Positions 30,501-40,064 of a stretch of 64,000 nt of DNA are shown here, one piece after another. Under the pieces are notes generated by a model. It had not been told where the DNA came from. It saw only the letters and a list, made by a program, of their open reading frames with translations, and searched no databases. This DNA is from Bacillota bacterium (GTDB lineage: Bacteria; Bacillota; Dehalobacteriia; UBA4068). Position 1 is the first letter of the stretch; each line of letters begins with the position of its first letter. The stretch lies in contig JBMNFI010000002.1 in assembly GCA_050949225.1 (NCBI GenBank), positions 125,003 to 189,002 of the forward strand. Direction: 5' to 3'. Position numbers and translations under genes: made by a program.

Positions 30501-32445
30501 TGGAACTGTTGGTGAATCTTTGCAGCAAAGCACAGTTAGTGATGATGTGGATGATAAGGTCTCTACAGGCAGGCAGACATGTTCTGAAAATATTTTTTTC
30601 CAACAGGTGAATACTGATAGAAATGGTCAAGGAAAGATTAATTTGACGCTGCCGGAATGTGTTTCCTCTTGGAAAATTACTTGTCTTGCTTTGCTTGATC
30701 AACCGGTTATTAATGCCGGACAAAATGAAAGCACTTTAATTGTGAACCGTTCTTTACATGGTGAAATAATTGCTGGTAGCGGCTACCTAACCAAAGATAA
30801 TCCCACTATCTTTTTGCGTGCGGGAGGCAAAGAAGACGAAGAAGAGGTTATGTTTTCTGTCCGTTTGGAAAACTTGGCGGGGCAGGTGCTGGAGCGGTAC
30901 AATGTTCAGGGTTTTCTTAATCAGCAAACTCCTTTGGAGCTTGGTGAATTAAAAACAGGCACCTATTCCTTGATAGCTGAGGCCTCTACTCTTTCCGGAA
31001 CCAGTAGTTCTTTTATGAAAACATTAGTGGTAGAGGATCAATATCTGGATGCTAATTTATCTGATCAGACGGAATTGGCTAAAAAAATAGATCTTGAGCA
31101 TAGTGATCAGCAGCCTACCCTAGTAATTTTTTCTGCTCAAAACAGAGGTCAACTATTTAGCGACTTGTGGAAGCTTTCCGGTAATGAATCTGGCCGCTTA
31201 GAGATTTTATTAGCCAATCAAATATCTAAGGAGTTTTTATCCGAATATAATGAGCAGCTAGCTGATCTGTTTGATTATTCTCAGCCTGATTTATCAGTCT
31301 ACCAGAACGCTGATGGCGGTATTTCTGCCTTGCCTTTTGGTGAAAGTGATTTGTTTGTGAGTATGCAGGCGGCCTCTCTAAAAAAAGAATATTTTGATAA
31401 TCGAAAACTACAAGGATACTTTCAAAAAATTATCAGTAATTCCTCAGACCGCGGACATAAGTTGCTGGCAGAGGCTGGCTTAGCTGCTTTAGGGCAGCCG
31501 GTACTGCAAAACTTACAAAATTCTCTCAAATTAAAAGATTTGACCAGTGAGGAAATGCTGGCTATTTATTGGGGCTTGATACAGGCTGGAGATGTGCAAG
31601 CGGTGCGGCATAGTTTCCCTGACTATTTAAGTGAAAACTCAAAAAAAGAGCATAACAATTTAGAAATTAAGGGTAGTCTTGATAATGTTGATGCAGGGGA
31701 AAGGCGAGCCGTTTTGGCGATGATGATTGCGGCTTATTGTGGGCAGGAGGAGGATTATTTACTATTGCGTAACTATTTACTGAGTGCCCCCGAACAAATG
31801 ACACCAACTGATTTGGCTATTGCTATTGGCTCCACTGTTTTATTGCCGCAGCTTGCCAGCAATGATTCTTCCTTTACCCATATTGTTGACGGGATGGATA
31901 AAAAAATAAACTTACAAGGGGCAAGGGATTACAATGTATTTTTGACCGCAGCACAGGTTGAAAGTATGTTGTTTAAGGATTTGCAGGGTCGGACATTTGT
32001 AACTTCCCTTTATCAAAAGAGAACCGATGAGGAGGCTTCACAAAAGGCTTCTTTGTCCCGTTCTTATGAAGTATCAGCAATGAATACCGAAGATGCGGCT
32101 ATGAAAATTGGAGTAATGAAGGTTTCTTTATACTATAATCTGCCGGCAGAGTTATCTCCCGGCACGTATACGATTACAGACTATATGCCGTCGGGATTAC
32201 GTTTTTTGACGAGTGAGCAAAAGCTTGTTAATGAGGTTGAGACTTTTACTTCAGTGCGACAAGATGGGCAAAAAGTCTCTTATACCGTTAATAAAGAAAA
32301 GGGTCAGAAGCTGCAAGGGTCGTTTAAGTATTATTGTCAAGCTGTTTCTGGGGGCATGCTTACAGCAGAGGCAGCCGCTTTGAGTTTTGATAAAACAGTT
32401 GAAGTTGTCGCTAAAACAGATCGGGATCAAGTGACTATAGAATAA
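27517..32445 (+). CDS. Alpha-2-macroglobulin-like protein with N-terminal Ig-like domains
   Basis: N-terminal TM/signal, two Big_5-like repeats, MG motifs (DK.IYK.GD.I.F.G; Y.PGE..V.V; SVVDEA; LPE.VSSW.IT), TED-like YQNADGG, I.DY.PSGLR. Confidence 0.8.
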   Translation: MKVKHYLLGGIIVLVVVLLAAFLLTNAKEIPLAYASEAKMQASMSDAAGVDTITAFTLKFKHEISPSAIRRYLSVEPKVKLAVHRGSDKNEILVVPEDALAEGEVYKFTLMAENNTAFKWAFQTKSSVQVMEISPLNQAVEVATDSDIKVSFNYAGLQEAENYFITDPLVNGRFEKEDNILKFIPEDPLHPQTVYTITIKAGLPLANSDQVLEKDYTFSFQTGKEKENQDINWKISSPSQAFASEQVPTFDVEINEKVDREPLFLPIRIYQLASAKDFAEAMLKKASASPFWAKQYQTVYGLEKNSLAEVMNVFLPVNKNQEQGADYVRLPQTLPPGYYLLAVEKDQELQELLFQVSDINAYALPTQKEAVFWLHDQKGAAIKGAEVYEYQGTNKGLTDQDGLLRLSLTSENEQDLSTVKANSGNLVFIVKKNKQSLVIFNDCHEQQGNDATKEFWSYLYNDKNIYKSGDSINFWGFVQARSGYEDIERIRISLYRYDQKEAALMYERFPVKDNSFGGSFTLPTLTAGKYYLQASYGNKKLATVDFEVADFSQAAYRLNVQNKKALLFAEKEAVYDISAKCFEDTPVTGLKVEATLENDGFQKTLQTDAFGHAQLIVPTEADYKDDGPMEDYPLVSSQKLNVEAQSPEGRKINSDAYLEVLKCAVAVDGTVDLSDQMIKVSATVYQTVLNQVAADGDPFHKDQDFFGKRISGQEVVARFYRQDVLRRQIGQEYNSVTGTIDPIYEYDYQYVLLKEKNLISDKEGQVNAEFDCVYADSDDIGSGWEIIYENSSFQVDLVVKDQKNRIMKNKMKVYPEDWYKNNTYNCYLSSDKQYGYAVDENFQVAFLQDDSEMFDRKKAYLFVTARDGIKNAIVQDSAKYDSKFLEQDVPNLWIRGVYFDGAQYHDAEQIPIQSDSKRAALNVEITTDQKSYYPGEEAQVVVNVKNAQGYPVQSKLLISVVDEAAFADQRDGADILQSLYGKYVNAGFGNYFTSYGTVGESLQQSTVSDDVDDKVSTGRQTCSENIFFQQVNTDRNGQGKINLTLPECVSSWKITCLALLDQPVINAGQNESTLIVNRSLHGEIIAGSGYLTKDNPTIFLRAGGKEDEEEVMFSVRLENLAGQVLERYNVQGFLNQQTPLELGELKTGTYSLIAEASTLSGTSSSFMKTLVVEDQYLDANLSDQTELAKKIDLEHSDQQPTLVIFSAQNRGQLFSDLWKLSGNESGRLEILLANQISKEFLSEYNEQLADLFDYSQPDLSVYQNADGGISALPFGESDLFVSMQAASLKKEYFDNRKLQGYFQKIISNSSDRGHKLLAEAGLAALGQPVLQNLQNSLKLKDLTSEEMLAIYWGLIQAGDVQAVRHSFPDYLSENSKKEHNNLEIKGSLDNVDAGERRAVLAMMIAAYCGQEEDYLLLRNYLLSAPEQMTPTDLAIAIGSTVLLPQLASNDSSFTHIVDGMDKKINLQGARDYNVFLTAAQVESMLFKDLQGRTFVTSLYQKRTDEEASQKASLSRSYEVSAMNTEDAAMKIGVMKVSLYYNLPAELSPGTYTITDYMPSGLRFLTSEQKLVNEVETFTSVRQDGQKVSYTVNKEKGQKLQGSFKYYCQAVSGGMLTAEAAALSFDKTVEVVAKTDRDQVTIE

Positions 32446-32490
32446 AAAAACAATGCTTACTGTTTAATTAAGCAGTAAGCATTGTTTTTT
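32445..32490. terminator. Bidirectional terminator
   Basis: AAAAAACAATGCTTACTGTT-TAATT-AAGCAGTAAGCATTGTTTTTT between convergent genes. Confidence 0.85.
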
Positions 32491-33040
32491 AACGATATTC
32501 GTCCAAGCTCTCCAGAGCCGCTATCAATTCATCCATATTGACAAATTCTATGCCTGCAATAATTTTATCGCGCATTTCCGGATAAAGGTTATCAAGATAG
32601 ATATCGGTGATTTCCAAGGGTGGCTGTTCGCTGCCTAAAGGACCTCTGAAGATGGCTATACGTCCTTCAGCTACTGATAAATAACATTTTTCTTCATCCT
32701 GGGGGCAAAATTCGGTGATTTCTCTAAAGACAACGGCCTGTCCGTTTTCTCCCCAAAAAACCTCCCAGCCTTCCGTCTGTAGTTGATTAAAGCTTTTTTC
32801 TGCAAATTCCGGATCGCCTGTTTTGTTTTCTACTACCAGATGTTGGCAGTTATTGTAATAGATTTCCTGTCTTACCGGTGTTTCGGCGGTGATGTATTGA
32901 GATTCATCCTGTTCTACCGGAGCATTAGAGTCTTTTTTCTGATTATTATCGAAAAGATTGACAGCGAGAATAGCAGTGGTGACCGCTATTATTAAGAGTA
33001 AAACAAGTATGGTTTTATTAAAAATAGGCCAAGCTTTCAT
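32489..33040 (-). CDS. BofC C-terminal domain sporulation protein
   Basis: TM anchor; Y..C.H; C-terminal G.IAIF.G...L..T.I.L..L.......GI.F...DEL...LES. Confidence 0.7.
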   Translation of the reverse strand: MKAWPIFNKTILVLLLIIAVTTAILAVNLFDNNQKKDSNAPVEQDESQYITAETPVRQEIYYNNCQHLVVENKTGDPEFAEKSFNQLQTEGWEVFWGENGQAVVFREITEFCPQDEEKCYLSVAEGRIAIFRGPLGSEQPPLEITDIYLDNLYPEMRDKIIAGIEFVNMDELIAALESLDEYR

Positions 33041-33072
33041 GATTTCTCTCCATTTATTATAGACTTTGCTTA

Positions 33073-33104
33073 TATTATTACCCAATTTAGGTTTTTATAT
33101 AAAC
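33073..33104 (-). promoter_or_regulatory. Putative sigmaF/G promoter of bofC-like gene
   Basis: Minus strand GTTTATA...GGTAATAATA resembles the sigmaF -10 GGnAAwAhTA. Confidence 0.4.
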
Positions 33105-33138
33105 ATATTTTATTAAAAGATTGTTTTTGTCTATAATG

Positions 33139-33166
33139 GCAGGAAAAAATAAATTTATAGCGAATA
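33139..33166 (+). promoter_or_regulatory. Putative sigmaH promoter of Liv-type operon
   Basis: GCAGGAAAA-N11-AGCGAATA matches RNAGGAWWW-N11/12-RNNGAAT. Confidence 0.5.
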
Positions 33167-33281
33167 TATCATGAGCATGGTCGTGAGTCTTTTTTTTTGC
33201 CGGAAACGCTTTATCATACTAAAGGATAACCATGTTGGATTTTTTTATTTGAAAGGAAGTAGTAAGGATGGGGAGCTATTT

Positions 33282-34058
33282 ATGACTCTTTTACAGACAA
33301 AAAAACTTTCTATAAACTTTGGGGGTTTATGGGCGGTTAAAGATGTTGATTTTGCTATTGATAGTCATCAAATAGTAGGCTTGATTGGCCCCAATGGCTC
33401 CGGTAAAACCACCTTTTTAAATATTATCAGTGGGCTGTATAAAGCCAGTGGTGGAAAGTTTTATATCAATGATGAGGATGTTACAAATTTTAAACCGCAT
33501 CAGATTTATAAAAAGGGTATTTCCAGGACTTATCAGTCCAGTCGTTTATGCTGGGACTTGAGTGTGGCTGATAATATTTTGGCAGGGCTTTATACTAGAC
33601 AAAAGAGTACTTTTTTTGATGTTTTGTTGAGGCCCAATAAATGCAATGATGAAATATATGAAGGCTTGCAGAAGGCCATGAACATGCTATGTTATTTTAA
33701 TGCTGATTTAGTTGATAAACGTTATGAACTGACTAAAAATATTTCTCATATTGACAGAAGACGGATTGAAATTAGTCGTGCTTTAGTAGGCGATCCACAG
33801 GTGCTTTTGCTTGATGAACCGACAGCCGGCTTAAATAGAGAAGAAACCATGACCATGCTGCATGACATTGGCATGATCAAAGAGCAAAATCCGGCTATTT
33901 CCATTATCATTATCGAGCATGATATGCAGGTGATGAAAGAAGTGGCGCAACGTATCGTCGTTTTTAATGCCGGGCAAAAAATTGCTGAAGGTCCTTATGA
34001 TGAAGTCATCAATGATCAAAGGGTTATTGATGCCTACTTAGGGGGAGCGGCCATATGA
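33282..34058 (+). CDS. livG: Branched-chain amino acid-type ABC ATPase (LivG-like)
   Basis: GPNGSGKTT, LLDEPTAG, IEHDM, VIDAYLG; start set at ATG 33282. Confidence 0.88.
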   Translation: MTLLQTKKLSINFGGLWAVKDVDFAIDSHQIVGLIGPNGSGKTTFLNIISGLYKASGGKFYINDEDVTNFKPHQIYKKGISRTYQSSRLCWDLSVADNILAGLYTRQKSTFFDVLLRPNKCNDEIYEGLQKAMNMLCYFNADLVDKRYELTKNISHIDRRRIEISRALVGDPQVLLLDEPTAGLNREETMTMLHDIGMIKEQNPAISIIIIEHDMQVMKEVAQRIVVFNAGQKIAEGPYDEVINDQRVIDAYLGGAAI

Positions 34059-34765
34059 GTGTAATGCTGAAGATGGAAGGGGTTTATACTCACTATGATC
34101 GCATACCCATGATGATCGATGTTAGTATGCAAATCAAAAAAGGGCAGGTTGTTTGTCTTTTGGGCGCCAATGGTGCCGGAAAAACGACACTTTTAAAAAC
34201 TATTTTAGGAATGGTTGCCGCAGACCGTGGGCGAATTTATTTAGCTGATCGTATTATTAATGATTTGCCCGCACATAAACGTGTAGAAATGGGGATTGCC
34301 ATGGCAGCCGCCTCTTTTGGTAATTTTCCTAAAATGACTATTGAAGCAAACTTAAAAATGGGAGCTTATTATATAAAGGATAAAGATCTTTTGAGACAGC
34401 GCCTTGAGGAAGTTTTTCAGATTTTTCCTGTACTTAAAGAGCGTTTGCAGCAAAAGGCGGGGACTTTATCAGGTGGAGAAAGAACGATGTTGACGATTGC
34501 TTGTGCGATCATTAATAAGCCACAGCTGCTTTTGATGGACGAACCTTCTTTGGGTTTGTCACCTTTGATGGTAGAAGAGGTTTATCGTATTATTGAACAA
34601 CTCAATCAAAAAGAAGGAATGACCATCCTGTTGGCGGAACAAAACATTCAAAGAGCTTTACAGGTTGCTCATTTTGGCTATATATTACAAAAGGGGCAGG
34701 TGACATTTGCCGGTGATAAGCGGGCCTTATTACATAGTGAATATGTGACATCTCCTATTATATAA
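34055..34765 (+). CDS. livF: Branched-chain amino acid-type ABC ATPase (LivF-like)
   Basis: GANGAGKTT, FP.LKER..Q.AGTLSGGE, DEPSLGLSP, EQN. Confidence 0.88.
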   Translation: MSVMLKMEGVYTHYDRIPMMIDVSMQIKKGQVVCLLGANGAGKTTLLKTILGMVAADRGRIYLADRIINDLPAHKRVEMGIAMAAASFGNFPKMTIEANLKMGAYYIKDKDLLRQRLEEVFQIFPVLKERLQQKAGTLSGGERTMLTIACAIINKPQLLLMDEPSLGLSPLMVEEVYRIIEQLNQKEGMTILLAEQNIQRALQVAHFGYILQKGQVTFAGDKRALLHSEYVTSPII

Positions 34766-34826
34766 AGGTTTAAACTATTGCCATAGGTGATAGAATAATA
34801 TATGTATTTTTGAAGGGAGAAAAGAG

Positions 34827-36032
34827 ATGAAAAGATCAAGATTGTTTGCCATTTTGGTGGCGGCAGCGGTAGTTGTAGCTGCTTTTGCTACCGGTTGTAG
34901 TAGTGGAGAGAGTAATACTGCTGAAAAAAAAGAGACTGTAAAACTGGGTTTTATTGGTCCGATTACCGGTGCGGATGCTGCTGAGGGTGCGGCTGCACGG
35001 AACGCTTTTTTAATGGCTGTTGATGCTGCTAATGATTCCGGTGAATATCCTTATAACATCGAAGTTGAGGTTATTGATGATGCTGCAACTGCCAGCACAG
35101 GGGCTGCCGGCGCACAGCAATTGGTAGCAGACCCTGATATTGTGGCTGTTTCCGGGCACTGGAATTCTCCGGTTGCCGAAGCTACTATTCCTATTTTTAA
35201 GCAAGCCAATATTCCCCTTTTGATTTGGGGTGCGATTAAAGATGGTCTTACCAGTGAAGAAAACTATCCTTATATTACCCGTTCAGCACCGACTGCTGCA
35301 CAGGAAAACCAGCCTTTGGCCGAGAAAACCATGGGGCAGGGTGGCTTAGATTATAAAAAATGGTTTATCGTTTCTGATGTTTCTTCTTATGGGGAAGCCA
35401 ACACCATTGAGTTTACCAACAAAATCAAGGAATTTGACGGAGAATTAGTTGGTACTGAAAAAGTACAAACAGGTACCGTTGATTTTCGTTCTGTAATTTC
35501 TAAAATCAAAACTAGTGATGCGGATGCCGTTTATTATGGCGGTGTTGTGACGGAAGCTTCTTTACTAAAAAACCAATTACATGAAGAAGGATTAGACAAT
35601 CTACTTTTTGCCGGAATTTCCGGTGTTTGTTCGGAGGACTTTTTGAAAATCGGCGCGGAGGCTTCTGAAGGGGCATTATCTGTAAAGCCGGGCGTTGATC
35701 CTGCAAAATCCTCTGAGGGTGAAGTTTTCTTGGCGGCCTATGCTGAAAAAGGTTACACTGAACCGGTGGGAGCGTTTACCCCTTATGCTTATGAAGCAGC
35801 AGTTATCCTGCTTAATGCTTTGAAAGAATGTGGCGACACTCCAACCGCTGAGGCGATGGTGAATGCTATTAAGGATAGTAAAACTACCGGTATTATGGGT
35901 ACCACTACCTTTGATGAAATTGGACAAACCGAGAATGTGGCAGCTTATCTTTTGATTGTACAAGATGGTGAGTGGGTACCATATGATGATTCAGAATATG
36001 CTGCAGGCATTCGTACTTTACCGGGTAAATAA
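34827..36032 (+). CDS. Liv-type ABC substrate-binding lipoprotein
   Basis: Lipobox ATGC; KLGFIGPITG, GHWNS, DF.S.ISKIK, G.TTFDE.G. Confidence 0.88.
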   Translation: MKRSRLFAILVAAAVVVAAFATGCSSGESNTAEKKETVKLGFIGPITGADAAEGAAARNAFLMAVDAANDSGEYPYNIEVEVIDDAATASTGAAGAQQLVADPDIVAVSGHWNSPVAEATIPIFKQANIPLLIWGAIKDGLTSEENYPYITRSAPTAAQENQPLAEKTMGQGGLDYKKWFIVSDVSSYGEANTIEFTNKIKEFDGELVGTEKVQTGTVDFRSVISKIKTSDADAVYYGGVVTEASLLKNQLHEEGLDNLLFAGISGVCSEDFLKIGAEASEGALSVKPGVDPAKSSEGEVFLAAYAEKGYTEPVGAFTPYAYEAAVILLNALKECGDTPTAEAMVNAIKDSKTTGIMGTTTFDEIGQTENVAAYLLIVQDGEWVPYDDSEYAAGIRTLPGK

Positions 36033-36132
36033 ATAGTTATTAACTAAATAATTATACCAGGTATAGGATCTTTCTTGTTCTATACCCGGTGTGATTATTA
36101 TCCGGGTGTCATGAAAGAGGTTTAATGTTTCA

Positions 36133-37098
36133 ATGGAACTTTTAAGCGGGCAGATTGTCAACGCTATTTTGTTAGGTTGCACATACACGCTGATTGCGAT
36201 TGGTTTTTCGCTGTTTTTTGGTGTTCTAGACGTAGTAGTTTTTTGTTCGGGAGATATTGCAATCTTCGGTGCTTTTTCCATTATGGGGGCTTATACTATT
36301 GTGCTAAGCTCTCCCCTTTATGGTTTTTTGCCCTTTATTGTGCTTATTTTTATTGTGCTGGCAATATCCGCCCTTCTTTGTGCCTTTTTGGGTTTGATGA
36401 CATATCGGCTGTCGATTAAGCCCTTTGAAAAATCCTCAGCATTAATGCCCCTTTTAAGCACCATTGCTTTGGGTGTAATCATTAGGGAATGCTTAGGTTT
36501 ATTGTTTCATCGGGTTATTAATCCTTTGTCAGAAATGGCCAGTGCCGGGGGTGAGGCTATTCAGGTAGTGGCCGGACGTAATCCCCAGGCTATGCCTAAT
36601 TTAATTGCTCCTGGAGGAACTATTACAGAACGCAATTTAATTATTATTATTGTGACAGTTGCTATTTTGATCGCATTGTTTTTGTTTTTGAATAAGACTA
36701 AATTGGGTCTTTCTATGCAGGCCATTTCGCAAAACAGGGATGCTTCCAGAATGATGGGCATCAATGTTAATAGAGTGGTAATTGCCACTTTTATGATTGG
36801 CGGAGCGCTTTTGTCCATAGGGGGCTTTTTAGTGGGATCTTATAATACGATTGTGCGTTTTGATAATGGTTCTTTATATGGAATCAAAGGTTTTTCCGCG
36901 GCTGTTGTGGGTGGATTGAGTAACATTTATGGAGCGGTTGTTGGCGGCATGCTCCTGGCTTTTGTGGAGGTTTTTGTCTCCGGGTATTTGCCAAATGGGA
37001 CAGCCTATGCCAGCATTGTGGCTTTTGTCGTGGTAGTCTTATTTATCGTCTTTAAACCTGAGGGTGTTTTGGGTAAAAGGATGATTGAGAAGGTTTGA
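36133..37098 (+). CDS. livH: Liv-type ABC permease (LivH-like)
   Basis: Y.LIAIGFSL.FG, TKLG..MQA, KGFSAAVVGG, KPEG.LG. Confidence 0.88.
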   Translation: MELLSGQIVNAILLGCTYTLIAIGFSLFFGVLDVVVFCSGDIAIFGAFSIMGAYTIVLSSPLYGFLPFIVLIFIVLAISALLCAFLGLMTYRLSIKPFEKSSALMPLLSTIALGVIIRECLGLLFHRVINPLSEMASAGGEAIQVVAGRNPQAMPNLIAPGGTITERNLIIIIVTVAILIALFLFLNKTKLGLSMQAISQNRDASRMMGINVNRVVIATFMIGGALLSIGGFLVGSYNTIVRFDNGSLYGIKGFSAAVVGGLSNIYGAVVGGMLLAFVEVFVSGYLPNGTAYASIVAFVVVVLFIVFKPEGVLGKRMIEKV

Positions 37099-37139
37099 AT
37101 AACCAGTATGCTTAGGAAAGAAAGAAGAACAGAAAATTT

Positions 37140-38366
37140 ATGGAAGATGTGACAAAAAAGACCCTGACAATTAAAAAGGAGTTTAAGGATAATCCTCTTT
37201 TGGTAGTAGTATCAAATTTGGTTATCTTTGCCTTGATTTATTTTATTTTAACCTCAGTCTTTCAGATTAGCATGGTGATGCTGGGCGGGGTGATTGCCGC
37301 TCTTTTGCTGATGGAAAGAAAGGGTTATTTGGGCTCTTTATTTGCAGCTTACAATAAGCATAAAAAGGTAGCCTTTCTTTCGGCGCTGATTTTAGCTTTT
37401 CTTTTGCCATTTTCTTTAGCTGATCAAAGATATATCGCCCATATTTGCATTATTGCCTGCTTGTACGGGATGGTTGGCCTGGGGCTTAATTTTCAAATGG
37501 GTTCAACAGATATGGTTAACTTTGCGCCGGCCGCTTTTATGGGTATTGGTGCTTATTCTATGGCAGTTGTAACCACTAAGCTTACTCTTTCCCCTTGGTT
37601 GGGGATGGGAGTGGCGATCATTATGTCTGTTGGCATGGGGCTGGTGATTGGCTTGCCTACTTTGCGAACCAAGAGCTATTATTTATCACTGGTGACGATG
37701 GCCCTGCAATTGACTTTCACGATGCTTTTGTACAATATTCCTTACTTAGGTGGTCCTAATGGTATTAGTGGTATTGCTCCTTTGTCTATTGGCGGATTTT
37801 CCCTCCTTGAAAGTTATACAATTTTTGGAATTAAGCTGGCACCGCAGATACCTTATCTGATTTTATGCATAGGTATTTTAATTCTGTTTGCCTATATTGC
37901 GATGCGTGTTTATATTTCACGGATTGGTTTATCGCTTAATCTTATTTCCCAAGATGAGGTAAGCGCCGGCTGTATGGGTGTCAATCTTTCCCGGCAAAAA
38001 TTACTGGCTTTTATTATTGGCGCAATTTTTTGTGGGGTGGCCGGTGCTTTATATGCCAGTTATATGTCGTATGCCGGACCCGAGGATTTTAATTTCAGCA
38101 AATCGCTGATGTTTATTTGTATGGTGATTTTAGGCGGGATGGATAATGTGATTGGTGTTATTACGGGTGCCTTTATCCTAACTGTGATCATGGAGAAACT
38201 ACGGGTCTTTTCAGATTTCCAGCAATTAGTTTATGGGATTGTTTTAGTAACTATTTTAATCATCAGGCCGGCCGGATTGATTCCTAAAAGGGTGCGTAAC
38301 TATTGCCAGTCTTTTGGACGTAAAATTAGAGGGCCGTCAAAAGAGCAGGAAAAAAAGAAAGACTAA
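37140..38366 (+). CDS. livM: Liv-type ABC permease (LivM-like)
   Basis: GLP.LR.K.YYL.LVT, GGPNG, MVILGG, RP.GL. Confidence 0.88.
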   Translation: MEDVTKKTLTIKKEFKDNPLLVVVSNLVIFALIYFILTSVFQISMVMLGGVIAALLLMERKGYLGSLFAAYNKHKKVAFLSALILAFLLPFSLADQRYIAHICIIACLYGMVGLGLNFQMGSTDMVNFAPAAFMGIGAYSMAVVTTKLTLSPWLGMGVAIIMSVGMGLVIGLPTLRTKSYYLSLVTMALQLTFTMLLYNIPYLGGPNGISGIAPLSIGGFSLLESYTIFGIKLAPQIPYLILCIGILILFAYIAMRVYISRIGLSLNLISQDEVSAGCMGVNLSRQKLLAFIIGAIFCGVAGALYASYMSYAGPEDFNFSKSLMFICMVILGGMDNVIGVITGAFILTVIMEKLRVFSDFQQLVYGIVLVTILIIRPAGLIPKRVRNYCQSFGRKIRGPSKEQEKKKD

Positions 38367-38484
38367 CCTCGAAAGAGCCACTCATTATGAGTGGCTCTTT
38401 GTTTTAGCAGGAAAAACAGCCCTTTTAGAGAAATCTTTAAAAAGGGCTGTTTTGAGGGGAATAAATAGGAGAGGATGTGTTTTG

Positions 38485-39261
38485 ATGTCTTTAACAGAGT
38501 TACAAAAGGAGATTTATGCGCGGAACATTGCCTTATCAGAAGTGGGTGAAAAGGGGCAGGAAAAGCTAACAAAAGCCGCTGTATTAGTAGTTGGTAACGG
38601 TGGATTGGGTTCCTCGGCATTGCTTTATTTGGCGGCAATGGGGATAGGTAGGATTGGCCTTTGCGACGATGATGATATTAGTTATAGTAATTTGAATAGA
38701 CAAGTCTTATATAATAGAGCCGATGTTGGGCTTCAAAAAAACGATGTTGCCAAAAAAAGGTTGCAGGAGCTTAATCCTGATATTAAAATCGATCTTTACA
38801 AAGAATTTTTGACCACAGAAAATGTTGTTGATATTTGTCAAGGGTATGATATTGTGGTCGATTGCCTGGATAATTTGGCTACGCGTATTTTAATAAATGA
38901 TACCTGTTTAAGGCTGAGAATTCCTTTTGTGCATGCGGGGATTTATAAATATCATGGACAGACTTTAACGGTGCTTCCCGGAAAGGGACCATGTTTACGT
39001 TGTCTTTTCTCAGAAGAGGATCTTGAATCATTGCAACGGCAGGAGGATTTAAATCTTTCTTTAGATGGGGTGCCCGGGACTACTCCCGGGGTTTTTGGTT
39101 TGCTGGAGGCTTGTGAGGTTTTTAAATATATAGTGGGATTGCCTGTAAATAATCAGAGTTTATTTTATCTGGATACCTTAAATATGACTTCTCACAATAT
39201 TCAGCTGGAACGCAATCCTCATTGTCTTTGCAATCAGATATTTAAACAGCAGCTCATATGA
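38485..39261 (+). CDS. ThiF/MoeB/HesA family adenylyltransferase
   Basis: GQEKL, VVGNGGLGS, SNLNRQ, DCLDN..TR, PCLRC; start set at ATG 38485. Confidence 0.9.
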   Translation: MSLTELQKEIYARNIALSEVGEKGQEKLTKAAVLVVGNGGLGSSALLYLAAMGIGRIGLCDDDDISYSNLNRQVLYNRADVGLQKNDVAKKRLQELNPDIKIDLYKEFLTTENVVDICQGYDIVVDCLDNLATRILINDTCLRLRIPFVHAGIYKYHGQTLTVLPGKGPCLRCLFSEEDLESLQRQEDLNLSLDGVPGTTPGVFGLLEACEVFKYIVGLPVNNQSLFYLDTLNMTSHNIQLERNPHCLCNQIFKQQLI

Positions 39262-39269
39262 GCTGCTGT

Positions 39270-39833
39270 TTAAATATCCGGCAGATTGTGGATATCCGGC
39301 AGACGTTTTTTCATAAGCTGATTGAATAATGTATAGACTATAAAGGCTATGCCTGTTCCTAATAAAAAGCCTATTATTACATCGGTTGGATAATGCATGG
39401 CTAAGTAGATACGCGAAAAGGCAATAATAGTTGCCATGATATAGGCAATGAGTCCTAGGTTTTTATTAACTTGCCGAACGATGAAGGCGGCGGCAAATGA
39501 TGACACGGCATGACTGGAAGGCAGAGAAAAGCTGTCCAGGGGAGGGATCAGAAGTTTTATTTGAGGATTAGCTATAAAAGGACGATCGCGGGCGATAATA
39601 TTTTTTAAAAGGCCCTCGCTGAAAACTACGGATAAGAGTAGTGAGATTAAAAGCAGCGCGCCGAAGAAGCGATATTGTTTGGAGATAAGCAGGAGAAGCG
39701 CAGCAGCTATCCAAATTAAGCCGCCGCTGCCTAGTCTGCTAAATAAGATCATCAAAAAGTCACCTATAAAAGAGTGCAAATTGGTATTGATAAAATTAAC
39801 TATGAACATGTCCCAGCTTTGAATGATTTCCAT
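39270..39833 (-). CDS. PAP2 family (undecaprenyl-pyrophosphate-type) phosphatase
   Basis: K...AR.RP, S.PS.HA, SRIYL..HYP.DV. Confidence 0.9.
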   Translation of the reverse strand: MEIIQSWDMFIVNFINTNLHSFIGDFLMILFSRLGSGGLIWIAAALLLLISKQYRFFGALLLISLLLSVVFSEGLLKNIIARDRPFIANPQIKLLIPPLDSFSLPSSHAVSSFAAAFIVRQVNKNLGLIAYIMATIIAFSRIYLAMHYPTDVIIGFLLGTGIAFIVYTLFNQLMKKRLPDIHNLPDI

Positions 39834-40064
39834 ATATCTACGATCACCTGAAAAACTTTTTTAATCAGAAAAATTGGTTTGAGCGGAAGGGTTTTATCAA
39901 TCAATAAAAGGGACCGCCTTTAGCGGCGGTGTCCTTTTTGTTTGTTTGCCTGTATATGATCTTTATATAAAAGGTTTGGGCTTTGCAAAAAGACATTTAA
40001 TAAAAAGCAGGTAATACGGCATAGGGTTAGTAAAAAAACAGCTCCGGAATTTTTTCACAGCTTA

